A DNA stretch of 36,927 nt, counting the filler, from Deltaproteobacteria bacterium (GTDB lineage Bacteria; JAUYMQ01), in assembly GCA_030698575.1 (NCBI GenBank). It is 7 parts of 7 records of this genome, joined end to end, with 100 filler letters (N's around TTAATTAATTAA, not from the genome) between each part and the next. Parts side by side here need not be neighbours in the genome. Positions count along the whole stretch, not along the records: positions 25,571 to 32,520 come from JAUYMQ010000034.1; positions 32,621 to 36,927 come from JAUYMQ010000040.1; 5 more parts are not named here. One strand, written 5' to 3'. The notes under the pieces are model-generated. The model was given only the letters and a program-made list of their open reading frames with translations. It did no database searches and was not told the DNA's origin. Positions 26,196 through 34,386 of this stretch are shown here, in pieces. How positions within the stretch are numbered: the first letter of the stretch is position 1; the number at the start of each line of letters is the position of its first letter. Made by a program: the position numbers and the translations under genes.

Positions 26196-28172
26196 TCAGG
26201 AAGTCCGGAGAGAAGCGATGCGATCGATCTCCCCGGCGAGTCGCGACGCGACCCGGTCAGCGGAGTACACCTCGACACTCTCGCGCCCGCGCGCGGCGAC
26301 CGCATCGGCCAGGTCGGGGTGCTCGAGGGCCCAGCGGATCCGCTCGGCCAGCGCGTCGGCGTCGCCCTCCTTCACGAGGAGGCCGTTCCAGCCATCGCGA
26401 ATAACCTCCCCGATGCCGCCCGCGTCCGACGCAATGACGAGGCAACCCGCCGCCAAGCCCTCGAGCACGGTCACGGGGAGCCCCTCGGTGCGGCCGCCGG
26501 GCAGGATGCGCGAGGGCACCACCAGAATGCGCGCGCGCGCCAGCGCCGCGCGCTTCGCGTCGCCGTGCAAGAGGCCGTGAAAAACGACGCGCCCACCGAG
26601 CATCCGCGCCTGGATCCGTAACGCGGGCCTCATGGGGCCGGCTCCGGCGACGTGCAGCGTCGCGCCGGAGATCTTCTTCATGGCTTCCAGGAGGATATCG
26701 ACCCCCTTCACCTCGACAAGCCGTCCCATATAAAGGACACGCTTGCCGCGATCGCAGGCCGGCGCTTCGATCCCGTTGATTTCAACGCCCATGGGGATCA
26801 CCGGCACGTCCCGTGGCGCCAGCCGCAAATCCTGCGATGCGGCGGCGGTGAGCAGTTCGTCGCGAAGCGCCGCGCTCACGCAGACGAGGCCGTCGCATCG
26901 GGTGAGTATCGCCCGTAGCAGCCGCGCGCCGGCATCGAAGGGCCCGCGGTCGCGGAGCGCGGAAAAACCGCCGCCATGCTCAATCAGGAGATGGGGCTTT
27001 CCGGTGAACGCGCGGGCTGCCGCGCCCGCGGCGCCGCCAGGCACGAGCCAGTTCGAAACGATCACATCGGCCCGCCGCGCCGCCCAGGCCGCCCGCAGCG
27101 CGAAAACCAGAAGAAAGGGAACGAGAAACACGCGCGCCAGCGGCGACGCCAGATTCTCTTCGATACCGTCACCATAAGCCACACGGTGCCATCGCGCGTG
27201 CGGCGCGTAGCCGAAGCGCACTATCTCCAGCTTCCCGTTCACATCGTGTTCACGGCGGGGCGCCTCTCCATCCCAGGGTGCAAGAACGGTCACCGGACCT
27301 CGCGCCGCCCACCGCCTTGCCAGCGCGCGCACGAAGTGTCCCGCGTGATCATCCTCACGGCGCGGGTAGCTGGAGGTCAGCACCAGCAGGCGGGGCGTCG
27401 TGACAATGCGCTTGCCATCCGAGAGCGGCTGCGCCCGCGCGCGCTTCCACTCCCCGCGCCCGAGGACGCGCCGCACTATGCCCGCGGCAAGCATCCAGCC
27501 GAGGCGGGGGATGACCCGGGGAATCGCGAGGCCGGAGGCGTCCGGGCCGTCGTGATAGATCGGCCGCACGCAAACGTCGCTCACCCGGAGACCCAGGGCC
27601 GCAGCTTTGATAAGAAGGTCGTTCGGAAAACCGTAGCGGGGATAGAGAGCGCCGAGCGGCAGCCGGAGGAGCGCTTCCCGCGAGATCGCGGTATAGCCGC
27701 ACTGGCTATCGGCGATCGAAAGCCCTGTGGCGAGCCGCGTCGCGAGGGTGAGAATGGCGTTGCCGAAGAGCCGGACGGAGGGCATGACGTCCATCACGTC
27801 CGGGTGCGAGAGGCGATCGCCCTTCGCGTAGTCGGCCCGCCCCTCGATGAGCGGGTCGAGCAGCGCCGGGAGGTCGGCCGGATCCATCTGCGCATCGCCG
27901 GCCATGACGGCGACGATGTCGGCGCCCGCTTCGAGGGCCCGGCGGTAGCCGCTGACAATGGCGGCGCCCACCCCGCCGTTCGATTCGCGCCGCAGGATCT
28001 CGGCGCGCCCCACCGCAGGCACGGCGTTGCGCCCGGCCGTGCCGTCCGTGCTTCCGTCGTCGACCACGATTACCCGATCGACGAACGCCGGCGTGGTCTC
28101 GACAACGTCGGCAACCCGGCGGCTCTCATTGTGGGCCGGAACAACAACGGCTATCTGCTTGCCTCGATACAC
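26196..28172 (-). CDS. Fused GT2 + GT4 glycosyltransferase
   Basis: GT2 part VVVPAHNE, VVDDGSTD, AGDAQMD, DSQCGY; GT4 part LTSSYPR, MGRLVEVKG, EGLPVTVLEGLA. Confidence 0.88.
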   Translation of the reverse strand: MYRGKQIAVVVPAHNESRRVADVVETTPAFVDRVIVVDDGSTDGTAGRNAVPAVGRAEILRRESNGGVGAAIVSGYRRALEAGADIVAVMAGDAQMDPADLPALLDPLIEGRADYAKGDRLSHPDVMDVMPSVRLFGNAILTLATRLATGLSIADSQCGYTAISREALLRLPLGALYPRYGFPNDLLIKAAALGLRVSDVCVRPIYHDGPDASGLAIPRVIPRLGWMLAAGIVRRVLGRGEWKRARAQPLSDGKRIVTTPRLLVLTSSYPRREDDHAGHFVRALARRWAARGPVTVLAPWDGEAPRREHDVNGKLEIVRFGYAPHARWHRVAYGDGIEENLASPLARVFLVPFLLVFALRAAWAARRADVIVSNWLVPGGAAGAAARAFTGKPHLLIEHGGGFSALRDRGPFDAGARLLRAILTRCDGLVCVSAALRDELLTAAASQDLRLAPRDVPVIPMGVEINGIEAPACDRGKRVLYMGRLVEVKGVDILLEAMKKISGATLHVAGAGPMRPALRIQARMLGGRVVFHGLLHGDAKRAALARARILVVPSRILPGGRTEGLPVTVLEGLAAGCLVIASDAGGIGEVIRDGWNGLLVKEGDADALAERIRWALEHPDLADAVAARGRESVEVYSADRVASRLAGEIDRIASLRTS

Positions 28173-28389
28173 GTGCGCGCTTCCTTGTCTCATTCCGGGG
28201 AGAGTGGGCTCGACGGGGTCCGCGCCTGGAACCCGACCGCTTCCGGGCCGCGAAACCCGGACGGCGAGAGGGCGCTTTTCTTCATCGTTCGCTGAAATGG
28301 GAGGGGAAACGGGGGAAGAGGACGAAAGCTACCGGAGCGGGCGAATGATATCAAGCCCGGCGTTCGGGCGCCCGGGACGGGCGGCGGTA

Positions 28390-28418
28390 TTGACTTGAAA
28401 ATCGACAGCGGGTAACCT
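28390..28418 (+). promoter_or_regulatory. Putative sigma70 promoter for the ccr operon
   Basis: TTGACT, 17 nt, TAACCT. Confidence 0.6.
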
Positions 28419-28710
28419 TCCCCGGCTTGCAGGCCGCTGCTCTAGAGGCCTGAAAACATACAAGAAAACAAGGAAGAATGAGCCCTTCCGGGGGCCCCCG
28501 AGTCTTCCTCGACTCTGGCTCGACGCAGGCTCGACAGAGGCCCCGACACCGTCGGTCGGGTCCCCCGGCGCGCTCGTCGGCGCCGGACACCAGTCCAGTT
28601 CCCGATCCCGTCGTTCAAGGAATTCACGATCGAGTTCCCATCGACCCCGAGGCCGGGCGACGACGTCGGTACGGGGGCGACGACCCGAAAACTCCAAGGA
28701 GGACGTGACG

Positions 28711-29925
28711 ATGGCCGAGAAGCAGATCCCCATCGGCAAGGTGCCGGGCGAAGTGGGTGCGCTGCCCGAGTCGATGAAGGCCTGGGTAATCCGCGAGGAG
28801 CGCCACGGCGAACCGTTGAAGGCGTTCCAGCTCGAGGACATGCCCATTCCCGAGATCGGCGCGACCGAGGTCCTGGTTCTCGTCATGGCCGCGGGGGTCA
28901 ACTACAACAACGTGTGGGCCGCGCTCGGCACCCCCGTCACAGTCTCGCAGCTGCACAAGGGCATTGATCACCACATCGGCGGCTCCGATGCTTCCGGCAT
29001 CGTGTGGAAGGTGGGCTCCGAGGTGAAGTACTGGAAGCCGGGCGACGAGGTGGTGATCCACTGCAACCAGTCCTGCGGCCAGTGTCCTGAGTGCAACGGG
29101 CTCGACCCCCTCGCCTGCGCCCAGCAGAAAATCTGGGGTTATGAGACGAGTTGGGGAAGCTTCGCCCAGTTCACCAAGGTGCAGGCACAGCAACTCCTTC
29201 CCAAGCCCAAGCACCTCACCTGGGAAGAAGCCGCCTCCTACGCGCTCGTCTATCTCACCGCCTACCGGATGCTCGTGGATCAGTGCCGGCTCAAGGCCGG
29301 TGACAACGTGATGGTGTGGGGAGCGGCCGGCGGCCTCGGAGGGTTCGCCGTCCAGATCTGCAGGCTATTCGGCGCCAACGCGGTCGGCATCGTCTCGAGC
29401 GAGGAGAAGAAGAAGCTCGTGATGCAGCTGGGCGGCGTGGGCGCAATCAACCGGAAGGACTATGACTTCGCCCGTCGCGACAACGAAACGCCCGATCAGA
29501 TCAAGAACCGCGCCAAGGAAACACGGCGGCTGGGTAAGGCGCTCCGGGAGTTCTGGAACGGCCGCGACGCCGACATCGTGTTCGAGCACGTGGGGCAGCA
29601 GACCTTCCCGGCCAGCGTCATTCTGGCCAAGACCTTCGGCAAGATCGTGATCTGCGGCGCGACGTCGGGATTCAATCTCGATTTCGACGTGCGCTACCTG
29701 TGGATGCGCCAGAAGCAGATCATCGGCTCCCACTTCTGCAACGCCTATGAGGCGAACCGCGCCAACCAGCTCATCGTCGAGAAGAAGATCGAGCCGGTGC
29801 TCGGCAAGGTGTTCCCCTGGGAGGGCTGCGCCGAGGCGCACCAGGTGATGCACGAGAACAGGCACTCCGGAAACATGGTGATCCTCGTCCAGGCGGAAAA
29901 AGAGGGGATGGGGAAAACCGGGTAG
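28711..29925 (+). CDS. ccr: Crotonyl-CoA carboxylase/reductase
   Basis: MAAGVNYNNVWA, IGGSDASG, IWGYET, GSFAQF, DVRYLWMRQK, GSHF; AAGGAGG RBS. Confidence 0.92.
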   Translation: MAEKQIPIGKVPGEVGALPESMKAWVIREERHGEPLKAFQLEDMPIPEIGATEVLVLVMAAGVNYNNVWAALGTPVTVSQLHKGIDHHIGGSDASGIVWKVGSEVKYWKPGDEVVIHCNQSCGQCPECNGLDPLACAQQKIWGYETSWGSFAQFTKVQAQQLLPKPKHLTWEEAASYALVYLTAYRMLVDQCRLKAGDNVMVWGAAGGLGGFAVQICRLFGANAVGIVSSEEKKKLVMQLGGVGAINRKDYDFARRDNETPDQIKNRAKETRRLGKALREFWNGRDADIVFEHVGQQTFPASVILAKTFGKIVICGATSGFNLDFDVRYLWMRQKQIIGSHFCNAYEANRANQLIVEKKIEPVLGKVFPWEGCAEAHQVMHENRHSGNMVILVQAEKEGMGKTG

Positions 29926-30113
29926 CCGTCGAGTCAGATCTGAATGGAAACTCCCGCCCGGGCGCGCGCCGCCAGGGATTCTTCCCGCTCATAATTGACG
30001 CGCCGCGTTTTCCGGGGCATCTTCCGCCTCCGGCCGGAAATCGTAAGGCATGCCGCCGGGCAGCTGGCGGCGCCGGGTCCGGGCTTCGAGGCCGCGCTTC
30101 ATAAGGAGCGTTC

Positions 30114-30626
30114 ATGGCTGTGCACAGGGTCGTTCGTGGCAACTTCTTCGAGGATTTCGAGGTCGGCCACGTGTTCAAGCATCACTGGGGCCGCACCATC
30201 AACGAGGGGGACAATTCCCTCTTCTCCACCGTCACGCTCAACTATCTCCCCGCGGCGCTCAACAAGGAGTACGCGCAGAGCCTCGGCTACGCCGGATGCA
30301 TCATTCATCCCCTGCTGGTGATGAACGTGGTCTTCGGCCTTTCCGTCGAGGATCTCTCGGAGCAGGCCATCGCGCAGCTCGGCTACTTTGACATGAAGTT
30401 CGGCGTAACGGTCTATCCGGGCGACACGCTCATCAGCGAATCGACCGTGATGGAAAAGCGCGAGAGCAAGAGCCGACCGGCCTTCGGCATCGTTCGATTC
30501 AGGACGGTCGGGCGCAACCAAAAAGGCGAAGAGGTGCTTTCCTACGAGCGCCCCGTGCTGATCAAGAAACGGAGCCACTACGGCCCCGAAGCGATGGCAG
30601 CGAAGGCGAAGGAGGGAAAATCGTGA
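30114..30626 (+). CDS. MaoC/hotdog-fold acyl-CoA dehydratase
   Basis: GNFFEDFEVGHVFKHHWGRTI, VYPGDTL, GIVRFRTVGRNQ; AAGGAG RBS. Confidence 0.88.
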   Translation: MAVHRVVRGNFFEDFEVGHVFKHHWGRTINEGDNSLFSTVTLNYLPAALNKEYAQSLGYAGCIIHPLLVMNVVFGLSVEDLSEQAIAQLGYFDMKFGVTVYPGDTLISESTVMEKRESKSRPAFGIVRFRTVGRNQKGEEVLSYERPVLIKKRSHYGPEAMAAKAKEGKS

Positions 30627-31108
30627 GCCTCACCGATCCCGGTTCCTACTACGAGAACTTCACGGTGGGCGATATCTACGAGCACTCCCGCGGGAAGACC
30701 ATCAGCGAAACCGAGCACCAGTGGCTGACGCTGCTCGTGATGAACACCGCCCAGGTGCACTTCAACCACGCCATGGTTTCGGCCGATCCCGACACCTACA
30801 TCGGCGGCAAGCGGATCGTCTACGGCGGCATCGTGCTTTCGACGGTGCTGGGCCTCACCAGCGAGGACTGCGCCGAGAACTCGATTACCGAGATCGGCAT
30901 GAACAACGGCAAGCATCCGAATCCGGTCTTCGCGGGCGACACGCTCTTCGCTTCATCGGAGGTGCTCGAGACGCGCGACGCCCCGGACCGGGACGATGCA
31001 GGCATCGTGAAGTTCAAGCACATGGGAAAGAATCAGGACGGCAAGGTGGTGGTGGAGATCGAGCGCGAGGTCCTGATCAAGAAGCAGGCCAAATGGGCAA
31101 GGAATTGA
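30623..31108 (+). CDS. MaoC/hotdog-fold acyl-CoA dehydratase
   Basis: YYENFTVGDIYEHSRGKTI, NTAQVHFN, PVFAGDTL; GTGA overlap with the upstream gene. Confidence 0.88.
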   Translation: MSLTDPGSYYENFTVGDIYEHSRGKTISETEHQWLTLLVMNTAQVHFNHAMVSADPDTYIGGKRIVYGGIVLSTVLGLTSEDCAENSITEIGMNNGKHPNPVFAGDTLFASSEVLETRDAPDRDDAGIVKFKHMGKNQDGKVVVEIEREVLIKKQAKWARN

Positions 31109-31121
31109 TGGAGGCCAGACG

Positions 31122-32150
31122 ATGTTCTTACTTTCGAAGCTGAACCGTTTCGTCATTCCCAGGACCGAGCTGACCTACCCCTGTCACCTCATGAAGCTCC
31201 ACCAGAACGCCGCGAAGGCGCAGGTGGACCTCGTAATGGCCGACTTCGAGGACGCCTGCCCCTACGAGTACAAGGGTGAACCGTCGCGGAAGACGATGGT
31301 CGAGGCGCTGAACACCATCGACTTCGGGAATCGCGCCATCACCATCCGGCCCAATAACATCCACTCCAAGTTCTTCCTCGGTGACATCGAGGCCATCATG
31401 ATGGGCGCCGTTGATCGCTTCCACGGCATCGTCCTGCCCAAGACCAACACGCCCGAGGACATTGTCCATCTCTCGCGGCTCCTCGACGGTTACGAGAAGC
31501 AGGCCGGCTGGACCACAACGGTCCAGATCGAGGCGCTCATCGAGACCCCGCTGGCGATCGTCAACGGCTACAAGATCGCCACGGCCAGCGAGCGCATGGC
31601 GGGCCTCATCTTCGGCATCGCCGATTTCTCGGCCGCCATGGGCGTGCGCGAGATGGTCATCGACCAGAACAAGAACTTCCACTACGCCAAGCAGGCCACC
31701 GTGGTTGCGGCCAAGGCGGCCGGGCTCCACGCCGTCGACAACGCCTGGCTGAAGCTGATTCGAAAGGACACGACGCCCGAGGAGGCGAAGGTGATCGAGG
31801 CCGGGCTGCGTGACAAGAACGTCGGCGCCGCGAACATGGGCTTCGACGGCACCTGGGTCATCCATCCGCAGCAGGCCGAGATCGCGAACGCGTGCTACAC
31901 GCCCGATTCCGAAGCGGTGCGGCTCGCAAAGCGCGCCGTCGAGTACTACCACTCGGTTGGCGGCGGGGCCGTGGCCGATCCCGAGACGGGCTCGTTCTAT
32001 GACGAGGCCACGATCAAGAACAACCTGATGGATCTCGCCAAGGGCGTTCAGGCCGGCACGGTCGAGGCCGATTACCTCGCCCACTGGGCCGCCAAGTCGA
32101 AGGAAGTGACCGGCTACGACATCCTCCAGGTGATGAAGAGGGTGATGTGA
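31122..32150 (+). CDS. CitE/Mcl-family acyl-CoA lyase (malyl-CoA/beta-methylmalyl-CoA lyase-like)
   Basis: DFEDAC, IRPN, VLPK, ALIET, FGIADF, GFDGTWVIHPQQ. Confidence 0.85.
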   Translation: MFLLSKLNRFVIPRTELTYPCHLMKLHQNAAKAQVDLVMADFEDACPYEYKGEPSRKTMVEALNTIDFGNRAITIRPNNIHSKFFLGDIEAIMMGAVDRFHGIVLPKTNTPEDIVHLSRLLDGYEKQAGWTTTVQIEALIETPLAIVNGYKIATASERMAGLIFGIADFSAAMGVREMVIDQNKNFHYAKQATVVAAKAAGLHAVDNAWLKLIRKDTTPEEAKVIEAGLRDKNVGAANMGFDGTWVIHPQQAEIANACYTPDSEAVRLAKRAVEYYHSVGGGAVADPETGSFYDEATIKNNLMDLAKGVQAGTVEADYLAHWAAKSKEVTGYDILQVMKRVM

Positions 32151-32520
32151 GGTTCTACGAGTTCGAAGCCAAGAAGCTTTTTGCCAGGCACGGCGTTCCG
32201 CTCCCGAAGAACGGCACGGCGAACACGCCTGACGAAGCGAAGCAGCTGGCGGCCGAGATAGGCTGCCCCGTGGTGCTCAAGTCGCAGGTGCTCTCCGGCG
32301 GTCGCATGAAGGCCGGCGGCGTGAAGTTCGCCGACACTCCCGACGAGGCCGCGAAGCACGCCGAGGCGATACTCAAGCTCGAGATCAAGGGCCTCAAGCC
32401 CGTCTGCGTTCTCGTCGAGCAGAAGGCCCCCGTCAAGAAGGAGTACTACGCGGGCGTCACCTGGGACGGCGTGGCCAAGAAGCCCGTCATCATCTTCAGC
32501 GACATGGGCGGCATCGACAT
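32147..32520 (+). CDS. Succinate/malate-CoA ligase beta subunit (ATP-grasp, 3' truncated)
   Basis: EFEAKKLF, VLKSQVLSGGRMKAGGVKFA, EYYAGVTWD, SDMGGIDI. Confidence 0.88.
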
Positions 32521-32620
32521 NNNNNNNNNNNNNNNNNNNNNNNNNNNNNNNNNNNNNNNNNNNNTTAATTAATTAANNNNNNNNNNNNNNNNNNNNNNNN
32601 NNNNNNNNNNNNNNNNNNNN
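32521..32620. other. Artificial contig linker
   Basis: N-run, TTAATTAATTAA, N-run. Confidence 0.98.
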
Positions 32621-32824
32621 AAGTACAAGGCCCGGTATCGGCCCGATCAGGTGACCGACGAGGAGCGGTCGCTCCGGGAGCGCCGCTCGGGGCTCAACCT
32701 GCTGCACAAGTACCTGCTGCGAAAACCCTTCCACTTCTTCAAGCACATGATCTATCCCAAAGGGTCGAACGAGATTGTCCGGTGGAAGTTCCGGAAGGAA
32801 AACCGGGAGAAAGAACCGCGTTGA
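32621..32824 (+). CDS. C-terminal fragment of an unidentified protein
   Basis: Open frame KYKARYRPDQ...NREKEPR-stop with GC3-rich codons from the contig start. Confidence 0.55.
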   Translation, partial: KYKARYRPDQVTDEERSLRERRSGLNLLHKYLLRKPFHFFKHMIYPKGSNEIVRWKFRKENREKEPR

Positions 32825-32849
32825 CGGTAACGGATCGCCCTGATAGCCT
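32821..32849 (+). promoter_or_regulatory. Putative sigma70 promoter
   Basis: TTGACG, 17 nt, TAGCCT with an extended TGn. Confidence 0.5.
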
Positions 32850-32899
32850 CGGGGAAGCTCAGGAAGTCGGAGCGCGCGCCGCGACGGCGGGGGTGCTGC

Positions 32900-33199
32900 A
32901 TGCTCATCGAGGACAGGCTGATGATCGTGGCGGATATTCGCGGCGAGGATCTCTCAGCTGACGCAGCGGTGGGGCAGGAGCTGTACGAGGCGATGCTCCC
33001 CTACGTGGAGCGGCGGCCGAGAAAGCATGACGAGATCATCTTCGACATGGATGAGCCCACTCCCATCTGGCAATCCAAGAAGCGCGAGATGCTCCGGCGC
33101 GCCTTCGCGCTCAAGCGGGGCATCGCCTACGAACGGATCAAGGATCTCCCCTTCCGCGAACTCGTGAAGATGATCCCCCGCCCGGCCGAAACGCCCTGA
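32900..33199 (+). CDS. Hypothetical protein
   Basis: 99-aa ORF with typical codon bias downstream of the predicted promoter. Confidence 0.65.
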   Translation: MLIEDRLMIVADIRGEDLSADAAVGQELYEAMLPYVERRPRKHDEIIFDMDEPTPIWQSKKREMLRRAFALKRGIAYERIKDLPFRELVKMIPRPAETP

Positions 33200-33231
33200 A
33201 CGGCCCTCCCGGGCCGAACCGTGATCCCTCC

Positions 33232-34080
33232 ATGACCTCCAGGGGCTATTCGAACGAACGCCTTCTCATCGCGCCTGCGGCGCTGCGCAAGCGCCTCGGG
33301 GATCCCGCGCTCGCCCTCATCGACACCCGCCCCGCCGAAGCCTTCGCCGCCGGCCACATCGAGGGCGCAGCGCACTTCGATCTCTTCGGGATGAGCCTCA
33401 CCGACACGCGCCCCGAGCCGCTACGAGCCTACCTCTGGATGATGGCGCATCTGTTCGCGGCCCGCGGCGTCAACGAGACGAGAGCCGTAGTCGTCTACGA
33501 CGCCGACACCGGCATGCGCGCCGCCAGGGCCTTCTGGTTCCTGGAGCACTTCGGCCATCCCGACGTCCGCGTGCTCCACGGCGGGACGCGAGCCTGGGCC
33601 CGCGCGGGCCACGCGCTCACGCGCGACGCCCGGGCGCCGGAGAAAACAGACTGGCTCGGAGATCGCGTCGAGGAGAATCTTGCAACGGCCGATCTGGTCC
33701 TCTCGCGGCTGGGGAAGCCCGACGCCCGCATCCTCGATACGCGATCCGACGAGGAGTACTTCGGCGAGAACATCCGCGCCGCCAGGGGGGGTGCGATACC
33801 CGGCGCGGTGCACCTCGAGTGGACCCGCAACCTGACCCCAGAGGGGGAATTCAAGCCGGCGGACGCCCTTCGCGCGATGTACGAGCAGGCCGGTATCCGG
33901 CCCGAGCACGAGGTGCTCACCTACTGCCAGGGGGGCTATCGCGCCGCCCACTCCTACCTGGCGCTCCGTCTTCTCGGCTACCCGCGCGTTCGCACCTATC
34001 TCGGCAGCTGGAAGGAGTGGGGCGACCGCCTCGATCTGCCGATCGAGCATCCGCGACGCGCGCCGTCCTCCCGCGCTTGA
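33232..34080 (+). CDS. Two-domain rhodanese / sulfurtransferase
   Basis: GHIEGA, ILDTRS, GAIPGA, active-site loop YCQGGYRAA, YLGSWKEW. Confidence 0.93.
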   Translation: MTSRGYSNERLLIAPAALRKRLGDPALALIDTRPAEAFAAGHIEGAAHFDLFGMSLTDTRPEPLRAYLWMMAHLFAARGVNETRAVVVYDADTGMRAARAFWFLEHFGHPDVRVLHGGTRAWARAGHALTRDARAPEKTDWLGDRVEENLATADLVLSRLGKPDARILDTRSDEEYFGENIRAARGGAIPGAVHLEWTRNLTPEGEFKPADALRAMYEQAGIRPEHEVLTYCQGGYRAAHSYLALRLLGYPRVRTYLGSWKEWGDRLDLPIEHPRRAPSSRA

Positions 34081-34153
34081 CCGTTCCGCTCCGCGGGGGC
34101 TACAACCCATTGTGACGCGCGCGCCGGCCGACTCCCCACGGAAGGAAACCCCC

Positions 34154-34345
34154 TTGAAAGCTCTGAGAATCGAGAAGTACGGCGGACCCGAAGTGATGCA
34201 GATAGCCGAAGTGTTCGTGCCGGAACCAGGCGCCGGGGAGGTGCGCGCCGTCGTGGGCAAGACCTTCGCGCTCGATGACGCGGTGGACGCCTTCAACCAC
34301 ATGCAGCGGCGCGAGAGCATCGGCAAGGTGATCATCACGCCCTGA
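34154..34345 (+). pseudogene. Internally deleted NADPH:quinone oxidoreductase (MDR family) remnant
   Basis: N-terminal KALRIEKYGGPEVMQIAEVFVPEPGAGEVR is joined directly to C-terminal AVVGKTFALDDAVDAFNHMQRRESIGKVII. Confidence 0.8.
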
Positions 34346-34386
34346 AGGCCCGGGCCCCACCTCCTTCCCGGGCCTGGAACGCGCTC

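Noticed and set aside
3233-32620. Six recurring TTAATTAATTAA motifs flanked by N runs
   Set aside because: Artificial six-frame-stop linkers, not biological repeats.
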